This document shows positions 9,372-19,668 of a stretch of 64,000 nt of DNA, piece by piece. The translations under genes were made by a program, and so were the position numbers. The stretch lies in IMG/VR virus record IMGVR_UViG_3300029215_000002, positions 1 through 64,000 of that record. One strand, given 5' to 3'. Source of the stretch: a virus. The notes under the pieces are model-generated. The model was not told the origin of the DNA. It saw only the letters and a list, made by a program, of their open reading frames with translations, and did not search any database. Every line of letters begins with the position of its first letter. Position 1 is the stretch's first letter.

Positions 9372-11288
9372 TTATTTATCTGGGAATTCATTGTCTATAG
9401 ACCTATCCATATATGGAAGTTTATCAGTATATACGTTGTTGTCCCACGCAAACTGCTTATCGTATTCTAAGTAATTTGTGTAAAATCTTCTTGAAACCAA
9501 ATCGTACCAAAGCCCGACTTGAACATCTGATTTACCAAACATTCTGTCTTTCATAACAGTTAGTACAACATCATAGTTTTTCCATTTACATTTAGTATCA
9601 GCTTTTTCTTTTTTAGATACCCTTCTTAGTCCAATAGACCTCATAGCAAGATTAATAATATTGGAACTGCCTGCAATATCGTACATTTCAATATCAGAAT
9701 TACTATCTTGGGTTTTTCTTGGATGTGCAATAAGAACAACTGCAACATTAAATTTAACTGCAAATTTTATTAGAAGATTAATAAAATTTGTCTGAGCTGT
9801 ATTTTTATCGCTTTCATCACACTTCAAATCTATCATCATTAGATTGTCAAGTACAATTAGTTTGCAACCAAATTTTCTAACACACTCTTCTGCTGATTTT
9901 AAAACAGATTCAAAATCATTTGATTCATCGTCTTTATAAATAAATAATTTTTTATTATAAAAACTCTGCATTTTCTTTTGTATTGCAAATGGTACAACAT
10001 AATATTTCTTCCCATTATTACTTTGTTTTTCTACCATATTTCTACGTCCAGCTATAATTGTATTGAACCAATTAGCAGATAAACGTTCTGGGAGTTCTTT
10101 GGAGTACAGAAATACAGGGTTTCCACCGTCAATAGTTTCTGCAATAGCTTGGTCAATTAAAGATGTTTTTCCCGAACCTGGTCGTCCAGATAAAATTGTA
10201 AGTGTTCCATAAAACAGTTTTACAAGCTCATCATCTAACGGCTTAATGCCAGTTTTTACTCCATCCATTTGAGAAACATCAAGTTCTTCAATTTCTGAAT
10301 AATCAACAACACTTTTTACAGGCACATCCTTTGCTTCGGAGATAAGATTCATAACAAAATCTTTACCGCCGACTTGTAGACAGTCATTAATATCTTTTAA
10401 CGGAACTTCCTTACCATTATCTTTTTTAAAAAATTCAGGTGTTGATATGTATTTTGTTCTCCAAGTTCCAAGACGATATATACATTCTTTTCTCATCTTA
10501 ATGCCAGGTTCATCATTGTCAGACCAAATAACAATTGAGTCAAAATTATTTAACCATTCCCAATTTTCTTCAATCCAATGAAGATTACCAGCTCCTAGGG
10601 GAACACTTACAGTATTAATATATCCTGCTTCAACAGCGCTTGCACAATCTGTTTCTCCTTCTGTAATAAGCAAAGGTTTTGAGGTATTGACTCTATTCAT
10701 ATTAAATAGAAGAGATGATGTATCAGAATCTTTTTGACACCACGTTTTAGATTGTCCTGAATGTTTTTCTATCGTTTTCGCTGGTCTATATTTAACCATT
10801 GTCAAAACATCATTTGTGTCATAAAAATTAAACACACCATTACCATGAGCATCTTCACGAATGTCAAGATAATCAATAACATTTTTTGATATACCACGCT
10901 TGCCCCAATAATCAATTACATGTTCTTTTCCGTTTATTGGTTCTTCGTGCGGGTATCTATAGTTACGACGAGTCTTTACATCTTTTTCACCAAAACTGTA
11001 TTCAATATTTGCTTCTTCGAATAGATGCTTGACAGCTTCTAAAAATGTATTTCCTTTTTCCATTAAAACATCGATAATATCCACTGTTTTATTGCAGCCA
11101 AAACAATGGAAGGTCTTGTTTTTCTTGTTATATATAAAGCTTGCTGTATCTTCACTATGATATGGGCAACAAGATTTTAAATTTTTTTCGTCAAAATTCT
11201 CTAATTCAAGTAGCTCTGCCATTAAAAATGCATTATTGTCACCAAGTTTATCTTTAGCTTTTTCAATGTCAGTTTTTTCAATTAACAC
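9372..11288 (-). CDS. Bifunctional primase-helicase (DnaG-type zinc finger + TOPRIM, fused to a DnaB-like helicase)
   Basis: CHC2 zinc finger CPYHSEDTASF...HCFGCN, TOPRIM ITEGETDCASAVEAGY, Walker A LSGRPGSGKTSLIDQ, and Walker B-like LIVLDNLMM. Confidence 0.8.
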   Translation of the reverse strand: MLIEKTDIEKAKDKLGDNNAFLMAELLELENFDEKNLKSCCPYHSEDTASFIYNKKNKTFHCFGCNKTVDIIDVLMEKGNTFLEAVKHLFEEANIEYSFGEKDVKTRRNYRYPHEEPINGKEHVIDYWGKRGISKNVIDYLDIREDAHGNGVFNFYDTNDVLTMVKYRPAKTIEKHSGQSKTWCQKDSDTSSLLFNMNRVNTSKPLLITEGETDCASAVEAGYINTVSVPLGAGNLHWIEENWEWLNNFDSIVIWSDNDEPGIKMRKECIYRLGTWRTKYISTPEFFKKDNGKEVPLKDINDCLQVGGKDFVMNLISEAKDVPVKSVVDYSEIEELDVSQMDGVKTGIKPLDDELVKLFYGTLTILSGRPGSGKTSLIDQAIAETIDGGNPVFLYSKELPERLSANWFNTIIAGRRNMVEKQSNNGKKYYVVPFAIQKKMQSFYNKKLFIYKDDESNDFESVLKSAEECVRKFGCKLIVLDNLMMIDLKCDESDKNTAQTNFINLLIKFAVKFNVAVVLIAHPRKTQDSNSDIEMYDIAGSSNIINLAMRSIGLRRVSKKEKADTKCKWKNYDVVLTVMKDRMFGKSDVQVGLWYDLVSRRFYTNYLEYDKQFAWDNNVYTDKLPYMDRSIDNEFPDK

Positions 11289-11299
11289 CTACTCACCAC

Positions 11300-11665
11300 C
11301 TATGCTCTAAATTCTTTTTCGTAGAACAATTTTCTAAGTCCATACAGAATTTGAACAGGTTTTGTTGAATAATATGACTTTGATAATTCAATATTTCTTC
11401 TGATAAATTCTATAGGCACTTTGTTTTTAAATACCATTGTATTTATTGCTCTATATGCAATTGGAAATTGTGTCTTATCTTCTATACATTCCATATAGGA
11501 ATCAACACAATCTCTAATTTCTTGTTTCATACCTGCACAATCCCAGTGATAATGTTTCTTGTTTATAACCACGGATTCAGGTGCTTTGACCTTTTCTCCG
11601 TGGTGTAAACAATATTTTCCGTATGCGCAGACATATTCTTTTTCTTTTTTATCTGCCATGTCCAC
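11300..11665 (-). CDS. hypothetical protein (121 aa), Cys/His-rich
   Basis: minus-strand ORF; CAYGKYCLHH...HWDC. Confidence 0.45.
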   Translation of the reverse strand: MDMADKKEKEYVCAYGKYCLHHGEKVKAPESVVINKKHYHWDCAGMKQEIRDCVDSYMECIEDKTQFPIAYRAINTMVFKNKVPIEFIRRNIELSKSYYSTKPVQILYGLRKLFYEKEFRA

Positions 11666-11670
11666 CTCTT

Positions 11671-12078
11671 TTAATTAAAAGGGAGGTCTTCATCCATATC
11701 TATAAAACCTGTATCTGCTGAAGTATTAGAATTAGATGTATCACCAGGTGCGTTTTCGTTCGCAGAACTCTTGCTTTCTGCGAATTCTACCTGTTCTACA
11801 ATAACATCTGTTGTATAAACTTTCTGCCCATCTTTATTTGTAAAAGAACCAGTCTGAATATGTCCCTCCACAACAAACTTTGTACCTTTATGTCCATACT
11901 TCCCAATAAATTCACCAGTCTTACCAAAAGCTACACAACTAATAAAATCGGCAGCCTGTTCTCCGTCCTTCTTAAATCTGCGGTCAACAGCAAGAGAAAA
12001 TCTTGCTACTGATGTATCTCCGCTATATCTTACCTCTGGATCTCTTGTTAATCTTCCCATTAAAATCGTCTTGTTCAT
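11671..12078 (-). CDS. ssb: Single-stranded DNA-binding protein
   Basis: OB-fold SSB signature MNKTILMGRLTRDPEVRYSGDTSVARFSLAVDRR, plus an acidic C-terminal tail ending DEDLPFN (compare DDDIPF). Confidence 0.85.
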   Translation of the reverse strand: MNKTILMGRLTRDPEVRYSGDTSVARFSLAVDRRFKKDGEQAADFISCVAFGKTGEFIGKYGHKGTKFVVEGHIQTGSFTNKDGQKVYTTDVIVEQVEFAESKSSANENAPGDTSNSNTSADTGFIDMDEDLPFN

Positions 12079-12098
12079 GTATTTTATCCTCCTTAAAA

Positions 12099-13049
12099 TT
12101 ATGCCTGTACTGACTGGATTTCCTTAATTTTTGTCAAACAAGCTTTTGCTTTCTGTACATCCTTAATAGCATTTGGATTTCCGCTAACTGTGAACTCCTT
12201 TAATGTTGTCATAAGTGTTTCATTCTTAGTTCCACCAAGTTTAGTACAGAGTGAAATAATCTCTTTTTTAATGTCTGCAATATCTTCTACTGATTCTGTT
12301 GTTGCGGTAGATGCTGTAAACTTAGGCTTCGTAGGTTCTATATCAGAAGCATTTGCCCACTTAATAATCTTCTGACCATGTGCTTCTGTAAGAAGTGTTG
12401 CATTATCGTTCTCAAAGATATGAGTGTTATCCTTCTGTGGTTCTGCCATATGTGTCTTCTGGTCTACTGTAAATGTACATGTGAACTCATATTCGAAGCC
12501 ATCTCTCTGCTTTGCACCAACACCAAGTTTCTTAACACTTGTCTTACCTCTGTCATCTTTCTCAATTTCGTATTGATCCTTGCCTCTCATAGTAGCAATT
12601 AAATGAATAGGGCTTGTTGCTAACTTGTTAATAAATGCGTCATGTCTAGGAGTTACCTTACCCCATGCCTGATATGTACCGCCAGCTTTCTGCTGTAATT
12701 CAAGACAACCACCTTTTCCATCCCACTCAGGAGAAGTGCTGTCCATAAGAAGAATGTCGTACCCTTCATTTACAGCAAAATCAATTGCATCCGAAAACTG
12801 TTCAGGATTAAAAGGTTCTACAAGGTCAATAATGTCATAATCAAACTCATTAGCATAATATCTGCCTCTTGCCCCCTCAGTATTAGCCATTAAAATTTTA
12901 CAAGCTTTTCCTGTAATTTTTTCAAGCTCTGCTTTCATTCCTGTAGCAAGTCTTAATGCTGAGTAAGTCTTGCCACCACCTGAAGGAGCCATAAGTGCTA
13001 CCTTTGTATAAATTTTTTCTCTTACTGCCTTTTGTACTTTAAATGCCAT
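12099..13049 (-). CDS. Sak4-like RecA-fold ATPase (phage recombination/annealing helper)
   Basis: Walker A ALMAPSGGGKTYSALRLA and Walker B ILLMDS. Typical Sak4 placement next to ssb. Confidence 0.6.
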   Translation of the reverse strand: MAFKVQKAVREKIYTKVALMAPSGGGKTYSALRLATGMKAELEKITGKACKILMANTEGARGRYYANEFDYDIIDLVEPFNPEQFSDAIDFAVNEGYDILLMDSTSPEWDGKGGCLELQQKAGGTYQAWGKVTPRHDAFINKLATSPIHLIATMRGKDQYEIEKDDRGKTSVKKLGVGAKQRDGFEYEFTCTFTVDQKTHMAEPQKDNTHIFENDNATLLTEAHGQKIIKWANASDIEPTKPKFTASTATTESVEDIADIKKEIISLCTKLGGTKNETLMTTLKEFTVSGNPNAIKDVQKAKACLTKIKEIQSVQA

Positions 13050-13249
13050 TTAAAATGTCCTCCTTATATGTAAATAAAATTTTTAACAACCTTTATCTAA
13101 ACGTCCAAACGGACGGAACATAGGGATAAAATCTATGTAAACAGTGGTTTTTGGGCGTAGAAACCCAAGGGTATGCTATTGCCCACCCATACTTATATTC
13201 TCTATTCAGTTTTGATTTCATTGGAATTTTCGACTCGAACAAGTCAAGA

Positions 13250-13588
13250 TTAATTGTTTAAGAAATTTCTAATATCATTCATCATCTGTTCTGATTCATT
13301 GATTAGATATCTATAAGTATCTTCACCATCATAATATTCAAAATATGGTATTGGTTGTTCATTCTTATCATACATCCAACCTAATTCTGAATATGCATCA
13401 AAATATACAGATACATATTTTCCATTATAGCTAATTACAAAACGGATAATTGCGCCCGCAAATGGTGGAACAATCAGTACATCCCATTCTTTATCAAAGT
13501 GAAAAGCAGGAAGTTTTCTCGCCCAACCTCTGTAATCACATATCTGCTCTATTTGAGCCAACATTAGCGACTTATTTACTTGTTTCAT
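13250..13588 (-). CDS. hypothetical protein (112 aa)
   Basis: minus-strand ORF. Confidence 0.45.
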   Translation of the reverse strand: MKQVNKSLMLAQIEQICDYRGWARKLPAFHFDKEWDVLIVPPFAGAIIRFVISYNGKYVSVYFDAYSELGWMYDKNEQPIPYFEYYDGEDTYRYLINESEQMMNDIRNFLNN

Positions 13589-13610
13589 AATGTCATTTTC
13601 CCCTCCAGTT

Positions 13611-14030
13611 TTATATTCTCTTTACTTTAACAAACCTGTATGGTTGATGAGTATTTGGATACGTCTTTTTATTTACTTTACTAGCAAACATATCATATGG
13701 TCTAATCCACACTTCTCGATCTTTTAAACTCTTATATACAACCATGTCCTCTTCTGTTTCTGTATTAGTTCCAATAGCAACAATCGTATACAAACCACCT
13801 TTAAAATGCTTAACTACATCTCCTGGCTGAAAATTTCTATCATATGCGAAGAAATCATTAACTCCGTTTAATTCTACATGTCCTAAAAGTTCAACTTTCA
13901 TGTTTTCATCGGACTTACAATTTGGATTTCCAGTTATACTCTCTATGCATTCCTCATTGTCGTAAATATCGCTTAATCTAATACTCTCTTTGTTTCGCAA
14001 CCTACTTATTAACCCTTTATCTTTTGACAT
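13611..14030 (-). CDS. hypothetical protein (139 aa)
   Basis: minus-strand ORF. Confidence 0.45.
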   Translation of the reverse strand: MSKDKGLISRLRNKESIRLSDIYDNEECIESITGNPNCKSDENMKVELLGHVELNGVNDFFAYDRNFQPGDVVKHFKGGLYTIVAIGTNTETEEDMVVYKSLKDREVWIRPYDMFASKVNKKTYPNTHQPYRFVKVKRI

Positions 14031-14079
14031 TATTATTTTTTCCTCCTGTGTTTATTTATGTTAAATAAACTTTTATAAA

Positions 14080-14508
14080 TTATTTGTCAAAGTCTTTAAT
14101 ATCATTACTTTTAATTTCTACTATATGTATTCTCTGTTTAATATTGTCGTTATTATCAACTCCCAGTCCATCACAATTAAGTATAGGTTGAACATATCGT
14201 AATATAGATTCATTAATTATTTTTCTATCAATTTCACTTTCAATTATTACACCGTTAAACCTAAGTCCTCTTATAGGAATAAAATCATTCGCACACCAAA
14301 CCTGAATCATACTTCCATTGTTCCAGCAAATATCTACATAATGTTGATATTTGCTAACTTGTATATCATTTAGAACATATGATAAATTTGCAATACACTG
14401 CATGACGATACGTCCTTGTTCTGGACTTTTTACAAATATACCACACCTATATCTATTTAATTCTTTGCACAAATGTATTTGTTCTTTAAGAGCTTGTACT
14501 AAATTCAT
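14080..14508 (-). CDS. hypothetical protein (142 aa)
   Basis: minus-strand ORF. Confidence 0.45.
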   Translation of the reverse strand: MNLVQALKEQIHLCKELNRYRCGIFVKSPEQGRIVMQCIANLSYVLNDIQVSKYQHYVDICWNNGSMIQVWCANDFIPIRGLRFNGVIIESEIDRKIINESILRYVQPILNCDGLGVDNNDNIKQRIHIVEIKSNDIKDFDK

Positions 14509-14523
14509 ATATAACTTACTCCT

Positions 14524-14670
14524 ATTTTTTTATATAATAAGACATTGTAAACAACATTGTTCCCAAGGATGCTCCAAATCCTAATAACCCTGCTATATCA
14601 TTCATCATAGTAAGCTTAAAAAGGCAAACAGCACAAAGTACTAATCCAATAATAAATTTTAATATTTTCA
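14524..14670 (-). CDS. small hydrophobic membrane protein (49 aa), not in the ORF track
   Basis: MKILKFIIGLVLCAVCLFKLTMMNDIAGLLGFGASLGTMLFTMSYYIKK. GGAGG RBS 7 nt upstream. The AGAGAATAT promoter motif lies about 75 nt upstream. Confidence 0.4.
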
Positions 14671-14756
14671 TCTTTTATCCTCCAGTATGATAATTCATCA
14701 GTTTTTAATTTCCTGTAAGTTTATTTATTTCTTGCCTCCAACTATATATTCTCTAT

Positions 14757-15116
14757 TTAATTTTTGCTTTTAATGAATAATTGATTACACTGAAACTTGT
14801 TTAGTTGTTTTTTCTTTGAAATAATCAGAAATTTCCCAATGGTCGCAAGGTTCTGAAAAATGTTTATTATTCCCTTGACTAAATTTTGTTCCCATATATT
14901 TTTTATCAAGACCGCACCAATTATGCCATGCCTGTTTACACCCCAATCCTGTGTTATATATGTTTCTGAGCATCTATGTTTGCATGTAGAACAAATATGA
15001 TGAACCTCTATGATTTCATTGTTCTTATTATTAAGCCTTTCCAATATTTTTCTAAACGCATTTCCTATATCCTCAGTAGAATACATAATATTTGTAGTTA
15101 AATTTTCTTTATACAT
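14757..15116 (-). CDS. hypothetical Cys/His-rich protein, probably frameshifted near 14973 (the N-terminus in this frame continues into the overlapping 14785..14973 frame)
   Basis: The first ~48 aa look protein-like (EVHHICSTCKHRC). The rest of this frame is low-complexity I/K/N-rich. The overlapping frame encodes a protein-like CKQAWHNWCGLDKKY...EPCDHWE but has no RBS of its own. Confidence 0.35.
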   Translation of the reverse strand: MYKENLTTNIMYSTEDIGNAFRKILERLNNKNNEIIEVHHICSTCKHRCSETYITQDWGVNRHGIIGAVLIKNIWEQNLVKGIINIFQNLATIGKFLIISKKKQLNKFQCNQLFIKSKN

Positions 15117-15140
15117 CTATATATCCTCTCTTTCACATTT

Positions 15141-15572
15141 CTAATCCCACAACAAAACATTATTTATTGCAGATTCTCTTTCAAATTCATCCATATCCCA
15201 AGGTTTATGGGTTCTTATTTTGAAACTATCATCAACGACTTTTTCTAATAGTGTTTTATCTTCTTTTGACTGCATTTGTTTCTCTAAAAATTTCTCACAA
15301 TCAGGACACAATGTTTTATCATCTTCAAAACTCCAAGGTTTTATTTTTATTGGAGCACCACAGCAATCACACATATTTTTTGTATCACTTTTATAATCAA
15401 GAATATATCTCTTGTTTTCTCTGTCAAAACCACTACCTGTTAATACAACTTCGTTATAAGGCGGGGTTAAATTGTCATCAAGATTTGTTCTATCGAATAT
15501 ATCTCTCCATCTTCCTAGAAGACTAAAACCATCATTATGAAAATCACCATTGGCTGTCAAATCATGTATCAT
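15141..15572 (-). CDS. hypothetical protein (143 aa)
   Basis: minus-strand ORF; CDCCGAP...CPDCEKF zinc-ribbon-like. Confidence 0.45.
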   Translation of the reverse strand: MIHDLTANGDFHNDGFSLLGRWRDIFDRTNLDDNLTPPYNEVVLTGSGFDRENKRYILDYKSDTKNMCDCCGAPIKIKPWSFEDDKTLCPDCEKFLEKQMQSKEDKTLLEKVVDDSFKIRTHKPWDMDEFERESAINNVLLWD

Positions 15573-15574
15573 TG

Positions 15575-16375
15575 TTATTTACCTCTAGTAAATATTGTCT
15601 TAACTTTTGTAAAAATATTGCTCTTAGGCTTAGAACTCAAATCAGCATCAGCTTTTCTAACAATTTTAGAAATACTATCTTTCTCAACTTCATAATGTGC
15701 ATCTATATATTCTCTTAATTCTTTCACATCTTTTGGCGTATTGATTGTTCTAACAATATTTCTACCTATTTTCTCAGTCTCGTTAATCATCTTGTCGAGC
15801 GTCAAATCACAAAAATCATCTACCCAATCACCAAGATAATAGAATCTATCGATGCAAACCTTTTTATTTCTATCCTGGAATGTTCCAAATAGAATCGGAT
15901 CTTTTTCTTTCTTCTCTGCTTCGATTTTTCTCTCTTCTTTGCCAGAATAGTCAGTATAAACAACGTACATCTGATCAAATAATTCCTTGGTTTTATCAAT
16001 CACAGCTACAATTTCATCAGGAATTTCTCGTTCGTATCTTTCCAATTCAATAATCTTGATTGGTTGCTCTCTACGATTACGTGTATTAGCAACTGTATCA
16101 ATATAGAAATCGATATCATCCTTATAAATGAATGTTGTAATTCCCATATCTACAAGTTTCTGTTCTTTTTCAATTGATTCCATACAGAAAAGAATTTTTC
16201 TCAATCCTCGAATTTGACCTGTAATTCTATACTTATTTGCCAATTCTAAGCAGTTTTCATAAATTTTCTTTAAGTCATCTGAAGATACTTCGTATTTCTT
16301 ATCCTTGATTTTTTCAAAATATTGCTGTGGAGTTAATTGAGACTCCACACTACCTGTTGTTTTTAATTCGTCCAT
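15575..16375 (-). CDS. hypothetical protein (266 aa)
   Basis: minus-strand ORF. Confidence 0.5.
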   Translation of the reverse strand: MDELKTTGSVESQLTPQQYFEKIKDKKYEVSSDDLKKIYENCLELANKYRITGQIRGLRKILFCMESIEKEQKLVDMGITTFIYKDDIDFYIDTVANTRNRREQPIKIIELERYEREIPDEIVAVIDKTKELFDQMYVVYTDYSGKEERKIEAEKKEKDPILFGTFQDRNKKVCIDRFYYLGDWVDDFCDLTLDKMINETEKIGRNIVRTINTPKDVKELREYIDAHYEVEKDSISKIVRKADADLSSKPKSNIFTKVKTIFTRGK

Positions 16376-16427
16376 TTATAATTACCTCCACTTTAATATT
16401 CTCCAAAAGAAATCGAAAATTCTTGTG

Positions 16428-17030
16428 CTATTCTTCGTTATAATACTGAGCCAGTGATTCGTCATACCACTCCCAGTTATCAACTCCACCTGCTTCTAAT
16501 GCACTTAATTTTCTATCTCTATCAAGTAAATCCTCATACTCTTCTTTACTAATAGTCTTATTAGAGTTTTTGATCTTGACAGAATTGTTACCAATTAAAT
16601 TACATAACTGTGTTGTTGCATCCTTAACCTGTCCAATTACTTCATTTCTTATAGAACTATACAAATCTTTATATAGATTCTCACTCACTTCGCTTTTAAT
16701 AATATTCTGTAATGAACCGAGACGTTCTGGATTTTTAGATAACTGATTTTTTACATAATCATTAAATTTATCAGCGTATTTGTCACCGACTTCTTTGATA
16801 ATCGAATCATAAACTCTTTCCTTGATTTCATTTTTTATCTCGTCTTTTAATTCTCTTTCGTCACTGTATGTAAGTTCTATCTTTGATTTAATCTCACTCT
16901 TTATCTGATTGATAACATTATCTTTTGCAGCATCGAAATTCATTTCTTCCAATTCTCTAACAACGCCTTGTTTAATTCCTTCAAACACTTCATCAAAATC
17001 GAATTCAAATTTTAGTGGTGTACTCATCAA
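16428..17030 (-). CDS. hypothetical coiled-coil protein (200 aa)
   Basis: minus-strand ORF; K/E-rich repeats. Confidence 0.45.
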   Translation of the reverse strand: MMSTPLKFEFDFDEVFEGIKQGVVRELEEMNFDAAKDNVINQIKSEIKSKIELTYSDERELKDEIKNEIKERVYDSIIKEVGDKYADKFNDYVKNQLSKNPERLGSLQNIIKSEVSENLYKDLYSSIRNEVIGQVKDATTQLCNLIGNNSVKIKNSNKTISKEEYEDLLDRDRKLSALEAGGVDNWEWYDESLAQYYNEE

Positions 17031-17259
17031 TATCCTCCTTATTCGTAAGTATTACTTTACTTGCATATTTCACAACATTTTCACTTGTTTCGTTATCATC
17101 TAAATATTCTCTGTAAGCATCTTTACAATATGCACCTTCACACCAATAATATCCATTTGGTGTAACGCATGATTTATGCTCTCCATAACCGGTTGCTGAA
17201 CAATATTCACACAAACTTTCTTCTTCAGATAATTCATCAAAAGTCTTTAACATATACAC
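17005..17259 (-). CDS. hypothetical Cys-rich protein (84 aa)
   Basis: minus-strand ORF; CEYCSATGYGEHKSCVTPNGYYWCEGAYC. Confidence 0.4.
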   Translation of the reverse strand: MYMLKTFDELSEEESLCEYCSATGYGEHKSCVTPNGYYWCEGAYCKDAYREYLDDNETSENVVKYASKVILTNKEDIDEYTTKI

Positions 17260-17431
17260 CCCCTGATAGATTATTCTCTACTCGTTCATAAACATCTGCT
17301 ACAACAGATTGTCCATTTTTGGTGTCTATGATTTTTAATGCACAATCAAAAACATGAAGATACTTTGCAAGAATTTCCTCTATCTCAATTGCGTCTATTG
17401 TTTTAATAAGTTTTGTTGCCATAATTCGCAC
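17237..17431 (-). CDS. hypothetical protein (64 aa)
   Basis: minus-strand ORF. Confidence 0.35.
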   Translation of the reverse strand: MRIMATKLIKTIDAIEIEEILAKYLHVFDCALKIIDTKNGQSVVADVYERVENNLSGGVYVKDF

Positions 17432-17433
17432 TC

Positions 17434-17670
17434 CTACATTCCAACATATTCAGGAAATTGTTCATAGATTTTATTCCACTTTTCAATAATTCTTCTGCTC
17501 ATAATTTCCTGATCAATCAATTCTTCTACGATCTTTGCAGTATCATACTGCGTCTGGCTTTTAAGAATTTTACAAGCATTTTTCTTATACTCTTCTAAAT
17601 CTTCTATAGAAACACTTGTCAACATTGTATTTTCGTTTGTTAATCCTTGCATTACTGATGGTGTTGTCAA
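17434..17670 (-). CDS. hypothetical protein (78 aa)
   Basis: minus-strand ORF. Confidence 0.4.
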   Translation of the reverse strand: MTTPSVMQGLTNENTMLTSVSIEDLEEYKKNACKILKSQTQYDTAKIVEELIDQEIMSRRIIEKWNKIYEQFPEYVGM

Positions 17671-17704
17671 TCGTTCACCTCCATATGAAACCGATAATTC
17701 CTAC

Positions 17705-18034
17705 TTATTTATTCTCTTCACTCGGAACGCAGATTTCAAAATCTCCATTCTCATTCATATAATAAGGAAACACATTAGCTGGAATTGTAACTTTATATGC
17801 TTCCGTAACATACTCGTACATAATAAGAAACTTTCCTTTTGAAATGCATGGTCTAACACGAAATCCATTTTCACATGCTACTTGAATATCAAATGGTATC
17901 ATTTTTTTAAGATGTTGATCATCATCTAATGTTGCTACCATGATTGAATCTAAGATAATGTTTTTCTGTTCAAAATCATAGTAATCTTCAAAGGTTTTTA
18001 TAAACTGTATTTTACATAATTCTTTACCAGCCAT
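17705..18034 (-). CDS. hypothetical protein (109 aa)
   Basis: minus-strand ORF. Confidence 0.45.
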   Translation of the reverse strand: MAGKELCKIQFIKTFEDYYDFEQKNIILDSIMVATLDDDQHLKKMIPFDIQVACENGFRVRPCISKGKFLIMYEYVTEAYKVTIPANVFPYYMNENGDFEICVPSEENK

Positions 18035-18049
18035 ATATTTATTCTCCTC

Positions 18050-18487
18050 TTACATTGCCTTTGCAATCGACTTAACCTGATTATCAAGGTATTTTACAAC
18101 CAGACGTTTCTTAGCAAGATTCAAACCTTTTTCAATTTCAAATTCATCATCTTTACAACAGGTAGCTTCTGCTTTAAATGCTCCACATCTAATCTGAACT
18201 TTTTTTCCGTTAGTTCGATAAAGATAGTTACATCTTACATCTTTGCCATTAATATCTGTAAACCTAATTTCATTTAAGTACCACTTACTCCAAGTCCTCT
18301 TTACAGGTTCTTCAACATTTTCAAAATACTTTTCATACTCGTCATATGACATACAGCCAAGATGACAACCACCAAACTTAAAGCAGATTACTCCACCTTC
18401 CTGAATATCAGTTACTTCACAAATCTCACCAATGTTATCAAAAACACCCATTTTATGAATGAGTTTAATTTTATCGCCTTTTATCAT
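18050..18487 (-). CDS. hypothetical protein (145 aa)
   Basis: minus-strand ORF. Confidence 0.45.
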   Translation of the reverse strand: MIKGDKIKLIHKMGVFDNIGEICEVTDIQEGGVICFKFGGCHLGCMSYDEYEKYFENVEEPVKRTWSKWYLNEIRFTDINGKDVRCNYLYRTNGKKVQIRCGAFKAEATCCKDDEFEIEKGLNLAKKRLVVKYLDNQVKSIAKAM

Positions 18488-19614
18488 GCTGCTTTGTCCT
18501 CCTTATTCGCAAATTTTTTGTTAAATGCATCAATAGCTTTCTGATCCTCTGCTGTTACATCATCATTAAATCTTCGTCTAGCTTGTACAATATGATTATT
18601 TCTTACTTCAATCGTTACCAAACTCTCATCTGGTTTACTCTTTTTTCTCAAAAAAAGAATGTGGCACTCACCGTCAATAACCTTATCTATGTATGAAGCA
18701 ACGCAATTTGACATCTGAGCAGCCTCATCCTTTATATCCTGTGTAGAATCTGGATAAATGAATATGTAATCACCAAAAGAGCATTCATACTGTTTATTTA
18801 TTCTCTTTTTAAATAACTCTTCTGAGAACTCTTTCTTCATTCGATTGTAATTTCTACAAGCAATCTTATGTGTAGTAAGGAAATGCCGTGGATATTTATC
18901 AAATTTAGGACTAATAGTTTTCATCATATTTGCATAATCGCACAATTCATGAATTAGGAAACCCATATCTTCAACTGCCTCAAACGTCTTGATTCTATCC
19001 AGATACAACCATAAATCCTTTGCATTATATCCAAAGTCGTTCACTAATTTATTGAAAAATGAATAATAAATTAAATCTCCATTAACTCTATCCCATGTTT
19101 CTGCATTCCAAACAATATAAATATCATCAAAATCTAAACTTAAATAATCCAAGTTATAAGCTATGTAATGTGCATCTTGATTTTCTTTATAATACTCAAC
19201 AGTATTGTTGGATAATTTAATAGGATATTTACGACATAATTTGATTAGAGATTTTGGGATTTCATTTATAGAATACTTGAACCGACAACCATCTTTAATA
19301 ATGTCATCAAAACCTGCTGAAAATATCTGTTCAAATCTATTATATCTTGGGACTCTATCAAGAATTGTTCCTATGTTACTTATCGGATACGAATACATTT
19401 CTGAGTTTCTAACAAATCGTAAAAACTTTGCATACTTCTCATCATCGCAACAATCAAATAATTTATTTAATGTAAGTCCACTTAACTGACTACATAGATT
19501 TTTTACTGGTTTACCCTTAATTCCAATAGCGGTCTTTGTTGCAAAATCATATTTTACGGTACGACCATCTTCATAATCAAAAATGAGATACTGCCTATCT
19601 TTATATACTCTCAT
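18484..19614 (-). CDS. PcfJ-like protein (376 aa)
   Basis: C-terminal MSNCVASYIDKVIDGECHILFLRKK...SLVTIEV resembles the conserved PcfJ-domain core. Moderate call from memory of the family. Confidence 0.45.
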   Translation of the reverse strand: MRVYKDRQYLIFDYEDGRTVKYDFATKTAIGIKGKPVKNLCSQLSGLTLNKLFDCCDDEKYAKFLRFVRNSEMYSYPISNIGTILDRVPRYNRFEQIFSAGFDDIIKDGCRFKYSINEIPKSLIKLCRKYPIKLSNNTVEYYKENQDAHYIAYNLDYLSLDFDDIYIVWNAETWDRVNGDLIYYSFFNKLVNDFGYNAKDLWLYLDRIKTFEAVEDMGFLIHELCDYANMMKTISPKFDKYPRHFLTTHKIACRNYNRMKKEFSEELFKKRINKQYECSFGDYIFIYPDSTQDIKDEAAQMSNCVASYIDKVIDGECHILFLRKKSKPDESLVTIEVRNNHIVQARRRFNDDVTAEDQKAIDAFNKKFANKEDKAA

Positions 19615-19668
19615 TTATATCACTCCTATCTGTTATAATTTTCAAAAGAAACGAATCTTGTTCTCAAT

